Below are positions 1-13,800 of a DNA stretch of 64,000 bases, piece after piece (the stretch's first letter is position 1; every line of letters starts with the position of its first letter). Position numbers and translations under genes: made by a program. Source of the DNA: Owenia fusiformis (Eukaryota); contig CAIIXF020000001.1 in the NCBI GenBank assembly GCA_903813345.2, positions 35,774,001 through 35,838,000 of the forward strand, read 5' to 3'. Under the pieces are notes generated by a model. That model did not search any database, had not been told where the DNA came from, and saw nothing but the letters and a program-made list of their open reading frames with translations.

Positions 1-1439
1 TACATTGAAATGTAAATGGTTGCAATATGTTTTGTTCAATGATTACAGAGTTCAACCCCTGCAACCATCCTGAATTAGTATCGTTCCAAAAAATTTTCAT
101 TTTACCTGAATTAAAATTATATTTTAGTAATTATTTGAATTTACCTCTATTCAACAACAGTATATTAGGATATTTTTTCTGAAAACATACATGCATGTTT
201 ATTATGGTAAATTACTAAATTTAGTTTACTATGATACGTTTCTTTCTCCAGTACGGATTTAGGAATGCGATACCAGACTAGTTTTCCACTCAATGGCATA
301 TGATAATGGTGTATCTTTAATGTAAATTAAGAAAAGAATCGAGCAAAATTCCAATTTGGATTGACCAAGTAAAATCTTTAAACTTAACAAAATCACATGA
401 TTCACCTAAACACACTTACGGACGGATGAGTGGCTTTTCTATATTCCTCAAACTCCGTTTGGTGGGATAACAAAGTATTAAATAAACTAGCTACAAATAA
501 CCTTTTGTTGAATGCATTCAGCAAGACCATCCTATCTGGATGGCCATAAGTTCTGCATAGTGACTCTGATAAAACGGTTACTGTATGTCAAATAGATGCT
601 GAAAATCTATAAGTCTGTATATATTACATAATATTATATCCTCATATTATTTATGTTATTGTGGAAATAAAATTGTGCTATCACATCCTTTTATTCATTT
701 TTTGTATTTGGTGAAGTTAAACCAGTTTATTGCATTAAAGCGTGTCTTGCAACGTCTAATTTCAAATTTTTTAACATTATTACATAATAATTACATAATT
801 ATGATTAATATTGATTATAAATTTCTTTTAAATTTTGTCATCAATTTTTTCTGAAAGCATTACCACCATTATCTGTTGTTATACTTTGATAAGTACCTAA
901 CCATAGCTGTTTTAAACCTTGAAAATATAAAACATAGAAAACAATAAATTATGTAACATTATGCTAATTATCTGGAATCCGACCCATATTTGAAAATGTC
1001 AAAATTGGTTTCTGAAAACTTCACATCATACCGAACAAAATGGTACCACATACGTCTTGTTATACCGGGTGCGGGGGTATGTCATAGAAAGAGGCCTCAC
1101 TGGAATGTACCTAGCCTGTACTATAAGGCATTGCATCATTGCAGGAATATTGACTTGACGAGGGTGAATTTTTTCCTGTATATACATTTTGAAATTCGTG
1201 ATGTATTTGTCAGTCAGGTGGCAGATCACGTTTTAAAATTGTCGACTTCTTTTTATCGTACAAATATTTTCTAAATTCGTTAAACTTTCAAAATAAAGCG
1301 ATATTGTTGCAATTGTTCTACTGTAAGACAAGCAGAGTAATCACAAAATGTACAGTTGAGGCGATTTGATAATTGAGATGCGTTTATTCAATAGATCCAA
1401 TATTTTGAAAGTGTAGCAGTTCAAAATCCAATAAGGTCC

Positions 1440-1640
1440 ACCCGTGTAGCTCAGCGGTAGCGCAGGTACCTCTTACGCAATAGGTCCCGGATTCGATCCC
1501 CGGTTCAGGCAAGACTAAATTTGCTTGTTTGCGTGAAGTACTTCAGGGTGTTTGACTGAGTGGTCCGCGTACAAAAAGGCTGTGGTGTGTGGGTCTATCT
1601 TCCATGTTAATTACGTAAATTACGACCGTATATACGGGAC
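1440..1640 (+). mobile_element. tRNA-derived SINE-like element (Pol III A/B-box head)
   Basis: A box TAGCTCAGCGG (~1447) and B box GGATTCGATCCC (~1489) in tRNA spacing, with a CTT anticodon-like loop. Acceptor and anticodon stems pair poorly and a non-tRNA body follows. The 3' end is approximate. Confidence 0.6.
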
Positions 1641-1801
1641 ATACCCAACTCATACTCATTGGTGGTACAAAATACAATATAATGGAGGCTTATTCGTACC
1701 ATGGTGTATTTATTTATTTATTGTTACAAATTGTTATTTGGCGAGAAATTCAAACATTTGACAATCAAAAGACCAATAACATTTTAATTTATTATTTTCA
1801 G

Positions 1802-4800
1802 TCTATACAAGGAGCATATTTTGTGACTGTGGAACACAACTTGAGAATGGCGGTACTTGTATTTGTTTTGAAAATAACTGGAGAGGTAAGGATATGTTAT
1901 TAAGCAGACCTTTTTCTAATCTCATATAAGTATAACTTTTACAAAGGATCGATCATGAAATCTAAAACTAAATTTCATATTGCAATGTTATTTAAAGGTG
2001 AGATACATCCTGCCATCTAGAATTTAGAAAGAATCTAAAATGAGTACACCTTATCGTTATCTTCTCAGCAACATTGAACTAGACAATATATATGTAAGTT
2101 ATACTGTATGACTAAAGAGATGACTTTAATTTTGACATTGCTTGGATATTAATATTCCACTGAACCTAGCACATGGGGTTTATATATATTTCACATTCTA
2201 GATACAAGCGGATTTTCCAGAAGAGATGGGATTGCAGATTGTCCAGAGAATACTCTACTGGAAGGGACAGTTGTGTCATTTGACATTTGCCAGTCGGAAT
2301 GTAATGGTGATACTTCATGCAAAGCATTTGGGTATAACTTCTTTGAATGGAAATGTACTAAATGGAATAAACCAAGCAGTGAATGTCCATCCATGAACTT
2401 AACATCCCCTCATACGAACTACTACACAAAAGGTGTGTATTTTTTAAACGAGTTTGAAAACAGGATTACTATGAACGTATCGTGAAGTGCTGTTATTTAT
2501 TTATTGATGTTAAATACTGTCTGCAAAACACTGCTCTCTCGTGCTGATATCGATATCACCCCGTAGATAAAAATGATATTCCTCAAAATCATAGGATGTT
2601 CTCATTATCCTACACTTACAAGGAGTCAATTTGGCGGGAAATCAACAAGCGGAGTATAGCATCACGATATCCTCCGCATATTGGTTTTCCGGAGTATATC
2701 GTGGCGATATCATCCGGTTATTCATTTTGCCAATAGATATCAAATTTATTTTTTAATGTTATTATACATTAAGTACACTAAGTGTAGGATAATAATAAAT
2801 ACAATTGTCTATATAAAGCTCATTCCGCTGGTCCAACTAGTTGACCTAAATCCATGCATTTTCTATTGTTTTACAGATTCATTTAACGAAGATGCAGATG
2901 TATATGGCGAAAATACTGAGAAAAGATGCTTCCTTTCATCTGCAGTAATTACAAAGACTCATGAAGAAGCAGATACATATTGTAAAGCATATGGTGGTAG
3001 ACTTGCCACCATGACATATGATGTGACTTTTTACATTAGTCAACATCCTTTTCAAACTTTGGTCAAGTAAGATTTTGATTATCATCCTCTGTAGGTGAGC
3101 ATCAATAACATGGTTAGCTATTATCATATTTGCCCATTTATTCACAACAATTTACTTTCATAATCATTGTATTATGGCTTGTCGGGAAGTGCATGACTAT
3201 AACACCTCGTATAAACACTGTTCCACAACTGCTTCATTCAAGATTGTGGACACATTAATAATGTTGTAAAGTGTATTTTGTGGCCATTATTACCTAAACA
3301 ATGATCAACACTTGATCTTCTTATTCCAGTAATCCAACAGTAACAACATGGACAAATGGACGACTGCAGTATGGGAATATAACATGGGCTGATGGTAGCA
3401 CAGATGGATGGACCAACTGGGAGGCAGGAGAGGCAGATCTTGAGAATACATATGGCGATGACTGGTGTGTGGTTATGAAATATAGCGAAACAGCTATAGG
3501 CATGCAATGGAGATTAGCTCATTGCTGTGAACAACATAATCTTATCTGTGAATTCGTTGAAGGTAATTCAAAAAGCGTTTTGCCATTTACTTATTTGCTA
3601 CCTCCTTATTGTCTTTGATCAGTTATTACATTGTTGACCTTTATATCGCTATCCATCAACAATTAAGAGGACATAGGACAGCAAAATTCTGGAAGCAATA
3701 TTTGCAATAAACATGCACAAGTGATCATTCAAACCAGTCAGGCCATGTTTGTTTTTGCAAACACGTCTTGTCTAAAGGTTTCTATACAAAGTTATTAATA
3801 ATATAAGAAAAAAAGAATTATGCAAGTAGAGTGAGAAATATTAGCTAAGTATTTAAAATGCCTATAGTCGGTTACTCTTGGCAATATAAATCATCTATAC
3901 TACTAAAACATGAAAACTCTCATCTAGTTCGAATTCCAAGACTAATAGTCTTGGGAGAGTTGAATAGCCGCCTGCGTTATATTTCAAAAGTCAAAAAATA
4001 ACGGCGCTAGGTTCGTACCCAAAACGATTCTAAACACCATCAGAAATGTTCTCCCGAATGGCAAAAAAGATGCGGCTGTCTCAAATTACCATTAGGAGAA
4101 CGTTGCTGGTGGTGTTTAGAATCAATTCTCCTTTTCGCGGTTCCCTCTTCAAACAAGGAGACAAGGAAGTCTTTCCTAATATGGACAAAATATTACCCAT
4201 GATGCGATTCGCTGGGGAATTAATTCTTACTACCTTGTTTTTCCCTCATTGGTTAAGCATGTGGATTTTCATACCTATTTTTCAATCGCTATGTTCATTC
4301 AAATCTCCGTCTGATTGGACGAAAGAAGGTAGATCATAAAACTTTATATATCAGATATTTTTATTATTATATTGGCTCACAACGTTGTAACAAGAAAAAA
4401 ACTTGCAAAAAGGGAATATATTCCAGTAGAGAAGGTCACGTGATCAGTTGACTAGTCGCCATAGTGGAAAAAATTACTTCATTCGACTTTCCACCATTTC
4501 ATTCCAATCCTTAACGCACTACAAACTGCAACATCGATGCAACAACTGAATAAAAGTACTCATCGTCAAATTGCATAATAGAGTTACTTAGAAAACCCAT
4601 AAATGACTGAGCAGTTGACCAAATAAGACAACCTTTTTTAATTTCAGTTTATCAAGTACAGTTATAGAATATTTTTACATACATATAGTATACAATAATT
4701 TTAAGTGACTTTTCTTAAATATAGCTCTTGTTCTAGTAAGCATGGTAAATTGGATGTTGTCCATATTTATACTTGCTAATACGTTTTTTGTTATGAGTAA

Positions 4801-7800
4801 AATATTACTTACACAATTCTCAATATTTTTTTTCTTATTTGTATATTTAAGCAAAATTTCCGTCCTTTAAATTAATAAAGCATCCAAATTTTGCATTTAT
4901 TTTGTTCATTATTTCTTTCCATGTATGTTTTACCATTTTACAAGAGATGATGAAATGAGCATATGAGTCTTCTTCATTTCTGCAAAATTTACAATTGTTT
5001 GAGGTTGTCCCTTCAATTAACCACTTTAATAGATGAATATTTGTAGGATAAACCCTTTGCAATATTTTGTACTGTAAGCTCTTTAATCTCGGCTCAGCAA
5101 AATTTTGAATCATTTTCCAAATATCAGACCAATTCATAATTCCATCGTTGACAAGCTCCTGGTGTGATATTTTCTTTTTTAATAATTAATTGTTTATAAT
5201 CTTTTGACTTTGATGTTTTTATAATGATGTTATTGTACAATATTTTATTCTGACCAAGTGCAATTGTTTTGTTTTTCAATGCATTTGAATACCAAAGAAG
5301 ACACGTCGTTATTATCAAGGTCAATCGGTTAAGTGTCTGAAAGCAAATCTATAGTACTCGTTTTCGTTTTTTGTTGATTATACAAGCTTTTATTGATTAA
5401 TTATACTCAGTATACTGACCATTTATAGCAATGACAAAGAACAATATTTCCGATGGTGTCATTGTTTTATTTAGCGTTCGGGTGTAAAAACAGTGGAGAG
5501 GTTAAGCAAATACGGTTTTTCAAAACGTATACGTAAACGCAAAGTACATTGAATCAGCATAGGATTGTATCGCTTTAGTCTACTTCAGATACCCGTTCAA
5601 CTTCAAAGTTGCGTGTTTAGAACAGGAGATTTTAAATTTTCACGTTGCTATCAACGGGAATCATTATACTCATGTCTGTTGAATACTATCCTTGCAATTT
5701 TGATTTCGATGCAGAGTATAATTCTTTCTAAAGAAGATGATGTATGTTACGCATGATTTAACTCCAATAATCTTACGAAACGAGCTCGTTTAAAATATGT
5801 ATTAGAAAACCAGCTATTGAACTTCATCAATGGCATACTATGTAATCATTACAAGCTATGGTGTACGTAGTCTAAACAAACACTAGAGCTGAACGGCTAT
5901 TTATGTGTGAACTCTACATGTATTTGTATAGGGACGATTGATACGTTTAAGTTGCGTTTTGGATTTTATACGGTAGCTTAACCTCTCCAGTATTGTGTAT
6001 ATACACGCCTAACCACCGACAAGGTACAGTCACGTGACAGTGACAAAATATACCATAGTACACTTTTGATGTACGATGTCACTATTAACTGATTTTAAGC
6101 AAAGACTATGATGTAGGTTTGATGCAGGTTTTCAAAAATAAATTTGAGGAATACATAAAGGAATTCATGTTTGATTTCGCGTGTATTCGATTTCAAAGAC
6201 ATTTATTTTTTTAATTACGTTAAAAGATCTTCGAGCAGTGCTCGATTTTTTTCGTTGTTAGTCTACCCATACAATTGTTCGGTTGGAAAATGTTGTTTTT
6301 TACACATTTTCTTTGATAATTTTAACCCCTGACGTCTCAGAGTGTCGAATATTTTTATGAGAATGTGTTTCTCTAAACTACACAGTTTAAGACGGGTGAA
6401 GATTTAATAAATATTCATGCATTTGGTATAATTTAAAAAATCAGAAATATACGTTGTCAACTCACAGTGTATGTTGTCCCTGTAATTGAAATTCATGAGT
6501 TATAATATTAAACATTGCAATGCTTTAATTTCAAAAATGCATAAAGGGTTTAATGCGTAACAAGTGCTGTTCAACGAACATGCTCCTGTATCCCTAGTAC
6601 AGATAAACAGGTAAAAGTGATTTTTTCGTTGAATGCTATTTTATTTTATGAAAGTGTTGTGGTGATTAATATGTGACCATGGCGTGTTATCTTCCGACCT
6701 CTTTGACCACTCGGCGTCAGTACGTTACGTTGTGTTTAGTTGCACTTTTATGAATTTCAATAATCTTAAGGAGTTCATGGAGAGATATATACTAGCTAAT
6801 CCAAGATGACTTTCAAAATTTATGCTACAGGGTGTCCCGAAACTATAGACCCCCTAGGCAGACATATACCAATGTCTCCATAGTATGTGTCATATATCAT
6901 TTTAAGGCTCATCCAGAGTTACATTAATTTGCCGAGTATCATTGTTCAACTCACAAATGGAAAAAAGTTACAGGAATTTCAAAAGTTAGTGTTTGGCCAA
7001 AATTAAAGTCAGTTTTACACCAAAACAATAGGCGGTGTGTCTCCTTAGCCGCCATGTTAACAGGCAATACTTTCCATTTATGACCTTAAACAGGCTTCTA
7101 ATGGGGATATGGCGTTTTGTAATCCTCATAAAACCATTTTAAGGCATGAGAAGAGTTTCCTTGGAGTATCTACCCTAAACGTCATCTTTTTAGAACTCAA
7201 TATCCATCCTATCTTCGAGAATAGCATCCATATTTTCTGTCACATTCAGGGTCAGGGCTGTTTCATGGATACTGAAATGAATCTTTTTGGCAAAACGCTA
7301 ATTTTGAAATGCCTGTTACTTTTTACCATTTGAACCATCATATTTGGCAAATCAATGTAACTTTGGATAAGCTTAAAAATGATATATGACACATACTATG
7401 GAGAAACTGGTATATGTCTGCCTAGGGGGAACATACTTTGGGACACTCTGTATATCTGGAAAGTGCAGAAGTTCAAAAGCCAGGTTATGGAACACAAAAA
7501 AAAGAATTCGTGACATTGAAATTTAATCATATCAATGACAATTTTATGGATTAACGGACAAAATATTAGAGTAAATATATCTGATATGCCTATTTTTATC
7601 ATTACTTTATTATCAAATATGTTCCTTCTATTACACGTACATTATAGAATTTCATTCACTGTAAAATTAACTGTGAATTGAGATCTGTAAGGCCAATGTG
7701 ACAACATACATTCGAGTTGACAACATACATTATCTATTTTTCGTAGGAGCATCCAAAGTAAAAAGCGGTTTTGCATTAACTCTGGATGTATATTTGTATA

Positions 7801-10800
7801 CTTATCTTAAGTTGTGTTTGTCGTAGTTTGGCTGTTATTTGCATAGCAAAACAAAAATAAGAGAGAATTTTGCGAAATTCAGTCAAGATTTAGAGATCCC
7901 TGACGTACTGGGTAGATCTATAACAAGATATTGAAGTTGCTGAGGATCATTTGAAGTAGATATGCATATTTGCAACTTAATTACAAATCGAATGCAACAA
8001 CTACCTGATGATGAACTGACACAATATTGATCAAATCAATGCTAGTTCTTTCCTCGCTTCCTCATTCTAGAAAATGGCGATCTAAAATGGCGGAAATGAC
8101 ATCGTACATCAAAAGTGTACTACGGTATATTTTGTCACTGTCACGTGACTGTACCTTGTCGATGGTTAGGCGTGATATAGAGAGCGAATCGCGAAAAGGA
8201 GAATTGAGGTAAGAATATGCATAGCTGCCTACGCCCTCATTTGATCGACTTTTGAAATATAACGTAGGCGGCTATTGAACGCTCGCAAGACTATTAGTCT
8301 TGGAAATAGATAAGAAAAAAAACCTATGACACGTAAATTATTTGTGAAGATAAAAACCTGATGATGAATTTTAGAAAAGTGCCATTATGAGACTCATCTG
8401 TACACAGTGAACACTGGGGGAATTGCTCGCTCTTCAACCAGGTATAATACCTTCGAAGAATGTGCACAAAGCTGTTTGGATATATCTGTATGTTCTGGTG
8501 CCAGATGGAATATAATCATGAAAGTATGCCAACGATTTTCCAGTTCCCCTCCCACAGGATTGATATCATCGAGTGACTACCATATGATGTTCCCATCTTG
8601 CCCAGGTACAAAATCAATTCTGTTATTGCCAGACACAAAATACAAAAATGAAAATTTGTGCAAATGACAAACATTGTTTTAATGATGAATATCAAGTTGT
8701 TTGTGTACGTTTTATCCCATAAAAGCATATTGTACTGTTAACCTAGCTTGACTTGAAAAGCTAACACTACAATCAAGTGAGTGGGCATTGCCATATACAT
8801 TTAAAAAATAAATAATCTAAATGATAATCTTCTAATATTTACGAACTTTATGTATACGAATTTCGATTAAACATAAATCATTAAGTCATTCAATTGTTTT
8901 AGTCATGGTGGTAGCTATAGAGGTTTATCCTGTTTAAGCCCTGCCCCTACCGATGACGTATTACCCTTGCATTTGCTCGACTTCGCTTCTTAATAAGATC
9001 TCAATAAACTAGACTCTGCGCGCAGAGTAATGACGTATGCAAAATAATAAAGTTGAAGAACAGATTCCCAAACATATCAAATCGTTATTTCCATTAATTG
9101 GACCATAAAAGGTTCAGCTTGAATTGTTTAGGTCAGTGTATATATACCACATGTATATTTGAGCAATGGTAGATGAAAGCCCCATCCCCCTCAACATTTC
9201 CAAAATGTTTTCATTTCAGGATCTGGAGACCCATGCTCATCAGATCCTTGTCAGAATGCTGGGACGTGTCATCGGGGTTATGGTGGAAGCTCGTACACTT
9301 GTTCCTGTAATAAAGGTTTTACAGGAGAAAATTGTGAGACAAGTAAGTAACGTTGTTATCATAACATGTAAAGAATCTAAATAAAGGGTGTTATAAACTG
9401 TTCTTATCAAAATAAATCCATGTCTAAAACGTGACTTGATTTAAGGAAAAGATGGCCTTGATTTGTAGAAATAACGATTCTTTAAATAGAATATTGCAAT
9501 CCTCACGTTGGGTGGTCAGTTCTGATAAACCACACAATACAGTCCCACGTACCACAGGGTAAGATCTATGCCATGCCTGTCATGTAATAACAAGCTCATG
9601 CAGAAATGTTTAGATTAATTTGCATATGTCGTGATCACGAATTTCAAAATTAAACCACCGCAATTTTTCAGGAAGTTTATCACCCAAAATATTTCAAAAC
9701 AACCAAGAAGTGCTGAATTTTTTGATCTCGCTTATGCCACGATCGCACCCCCCCCCCCAATGAAAACCGAAAATTGAGTGAAAGCTAACGACGCCCATGA
9801 CCTGTGTGCACGAAATAAATGTAAATCATCAAAGGAACTGTAACATCATCTGAGTTCGCACCCATCGCAACCCCTCCTCTTGGCTACGCCTATGAAGGTT
9901 CAGACCAAATCAAAAATGATAAGCTTTGTCAAACCATACGGGCATCAGCTTCACTAACCAATGATAAACAAAAGTTGAACACATCGAAGATGTATTGTTA
10001 TATGAAACGTTTAAATAAATTGATATATTTCAACGATGCAGGCAGTGGTCTCTGTCCTGAAGACTGGCTCTATTACGGAGATGCATGTTACCATGGTTTT
10101 AAGGGTTCGAGTTCATGGATGAATGCACGATCATTATGCAAGGAAAATGCAGCAAATCTTGTTTCCATGACAAGTTGTGATGAATATTATTTTGTTGAGG
10201 AAATAGTGAAGCCAAGGTATATATATCATATTATCAAGACTTTATAAGTACTATATACATTATTGTAAATGAAACAATATAACAGATGGCTTTTTGAGGT
10301 GATGATGGAGAAACACTTAAATAAGGTAATTGTGATAGCTAATCATGTGCGTTATATTTCAAAGGGCGTCACTAAATGACTTTTGGATTGGATTACAACG
10401 CAAGTGGAATTGGACTGATGGACAACAATCCCAATTTAAGGCATGGGATATAAACTCTGCACCAAGTTATGGAAATGGAGCTTGTGCAGTTTTGAGTCAC
10501 ACGAATGGTAATCTAATAGTATATGGGCAAATATACGATAATTGATATTCCATGAATTCTGCTATTCTACCACATCCTGCGCCATGTGTATTGATATCAA
10601 CGACATTATATGTGTGCTTTCGTGATGTCAACACAACTGCTAACCATGAACATGCGATATACATATGTTGAAAATATTGCTTATTATTTGTTAAAAATAG
10701 CTTTAATGGTGATTTTTTGACAAAAATTAAATTTTGCTATGGAAACTGGGACAACATAACAAATTATGCATCAAGTCCGTCGATAATTTCTAACTGGTTA

Positions 10801-13800
10801 ATAAAATATGTTTCCGGCCATCTCTCAAAATAGGGGTTGTTTAATATGCCATAGTCATTGAAAAAGAACACGTTTTATAATGTCCATATGTTTTGTATCC
10901 TCCAACACATACTCAACATATTAAATTTACTAACAAATTCGATATAATTGAAAATTTATATAACAATCGTTTAAATACTAAATTGGATTAGTCTCATTTC
11001 TGAAAATAAGTGTTTGAAATCATTTATGTGCATTGATGAAATCTTAATGTTTGGAGGATACAAAATATTGGACAGGAAAACCTAAATCCACCAAAAAAAT
11101 AACAATATTTTGTCTGATGTTTTCATTGTCTGTCATTTAAGAGATAACCCTAAAGGGGCACTTTCTTGCGAAATCTTGATGCACCAGCAATATTAAATTA
11201 ACCAGTGTGTTGGAGGATACAAAATATTAGACAAATGATATATGCATAGAAAAGGTATTTCATTGCATGGGTAACACACATCTAACATCGCCCTTTTAAG
11301 AGCTGATGTCAAACATAATTGTTTATGTCGTTTGAAAAATATTAGCGCAATCGATGCTCTGTATGTGCTGTATTTCAGTTTTGTATTACCACAAACAAAA
11401 TAAAACTTTGTTTTTGACAAAAAAATCATTATTCAAGCTAATTTTAGGAAATAATAAGCAATATTTTCAGTATACATCGCATGATTATGATAACCAGTTT
11501 TGATGAGTTTAAAACACCACTCATGAAATGTCGCTTCTATCAACACACGCGACGCAGGCTTTAGTAGAACAACTGATTTTGAAAATATAAATTATCGTAA
11601 ATTTGCTACCCTTTGCATTCGTTCGACTTCACTTCTTAAAAGAGAGCTTGGTCTTAGTTTAACTAGACTCTGCACGCAGGGTATAAATTTGCCCATATAT
11701 ACTAGATAATCAGTGAGCATCCCAAGCTCTATAATGAATACATATGTCGCTTTCAATGTTAAATCTGATTATAATGATATATATTATGTAACTACTATGA
11801 CAGTTATATTTTGTAATATCAGCATGGGGTGATGCAACTTAGATTATTACATCATACCTTAGTTATTTAATTAACTTTAATTATACGTAGAGACATACTC
11901 AGAATTTAGCAGAAAGTTTCTATTTTTACATTTGTGGAACATTTGGTTTTAGGAAAATGGTTCGACCAGGACTGTCTTACAGCGGCAAATTATATATGTA
12001 AAAAAGCAGGTAACTACTTAGTACTTCATACACTACCCTCAATAAGTTTGGCAACCTTAGCTTCCCCGTTGAACAACGTGTTAAAGCCTCTTTACCTTTG
12101 AATTTTTATTTACTTTAACTGACTTTCAAATACTTTAGAGACCGAAATTTGGGATTTCAAGGAATACTTTTCAAGAAAATAGTCTTACCTTCTATCAGGA
12201 TGGGTTCAGGTGCCAAAAATAACTGATCCATGGATATATATCATTTTGAAAATTGAAAGCAAGAAATATTTTTGGAGGCCGTGTTTTTTTAGTCATAACA
12301 GGAAATAGATTATCTAAATGAAAACTGGATTAACATCATTAATCCTGATTTTGGCTTAGAATATTTACCTAAATATGTATTTAACTATTATTAGCATGAT
12401 TATTGACTATTTTTTTTATTAATCTTATGCAGTGATTCGACTGTTTTCTAAAATTCATGACATAGCTTAAAAATTAGATGCTTTGTTTTACTTGTCCTTG
12501 TCGCCTAATGGATAAAGGCCCTGGACTTCTGCACCAGCTTTTGGTGGTTCGAATCCCGGTCGTGCCCAAGATTTTTTTTCTTTTTTTATTTATCTCTCGA
12601 CCACATTATTTTTTTAAATCTCTTTTTATACAACATATAGTCATACCTATTACTTTTTGAGGTTTTAGCTTATAGATACATCGTCCTGTGTGTTACTTTA
12701 ACCTGCAATGAAAATACTTATACTATTGATGGAAACGTAATTTGAGTGTATTTCCAATACCTCCAAATTTTCTCAATTTTTTTCCTCAATTACAATAGGT
12801 CGAAAATTGATAAATTTGATGATTTTTTGAAAATCGACATTCCCATGTTAACCAATGGGAAATGGTTAACTATTTCTGATTTTGAACATTATAAGTTTCT
12901 TTTTAATACAGGACAATCGTGTGACACTGGCAATGGATGGTCATTCTATGCTGATGGTTGCTACAAAAAGTTCTTCACAAGCACCTTCAATGATGCCGAA
13001 GCAAATTGCATTCTTGAAAATGCTCATCTAGTTCATGTTAGAAATACAGATGAAAACCAGATGCTTTATACCAATTTTACGTGAGTCTAACTTTTTAGTA
13101 CGAAATGTACATACTCTTCTTTCTATAATCAATAAATGATACTTCAATATAGCTAGGGCTGCTTACCAACACCTCTCGGAGAAAAGAAATGAAGAAATGA
13201 ATTTACTTTTATACCTTGATAAACCATGATAGAAAACATCATCATACAGATGTGTAACTAAATGAAAGGATATTTGCCTGTAAATTAGAAAATTTTGATG
13301 GACATTGACCCCTGACCAAGAATAAGGCATTTATGTTCCAATATACGAACGATATCAGATGAACAGTAAATAAGTTCTTGGGATGGATGTACGGACAGAT
13401 GAAAGGGAGGATGAGCGAAGGAGTTCTCTATCCCATCTGAAATTCTCAAATCATAAATTACAATATGAGATTTATTCTGATCTTCATGAAGAGATAACAT
13501 AAGATATGTTATAATTTGAAAAATAAGCCATATGGAGGATAATCTAATTTTATTTGAAATTTTCAGGTCTGACAATACAGATATTTGGATAGGATTCTTC
13601 AACACAGAAAACTATGTTTGGTTTGATGATAGTGACATAACATGGTGGCAAGACACAGCCGCCATAGATACCAACTATGTGTGTGGTATAAGCAACTCGG
13701 GGATTTGGAAAACTCAGGATTGTATTGCCACTCATGACTATATATGTAAGCAGAAATTAGGTAAGGTTATATTCATGTGTTAGAGTGACCTCCAAGTACA

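Larger units (their letters stand above)
3934..8305. mobile_element. Non-autonomous TIR element (~4.4 kb) in a lectin-gene intron, containing nested elements
   Basis: ~60-bp inverted repeat TTCCAAGACTAATAGTCTTG..ATAGCCGCCT.CGTTATATTTCAAAAGTC at 3934-3992, with its reverse complement at ~8247-8305. Confidence 0.7.

Noticed and set aside
1440..1511. Functional tRNA-Lys(CTT) gene
   Set aside because: The acceptor and anticodon stems do not pair and a SINE-like body follows.
1682..1903. ORF MEAYSYHG.. or MAVLVFVLK.. as the lectin gene start
   Set aside because: The exon 1802-1885 frame that joins the next exon in phase is the EGF-like one, not the MAVLV frame. No convincing signal-peptide exon could be tied in, so the start was left unresolved.
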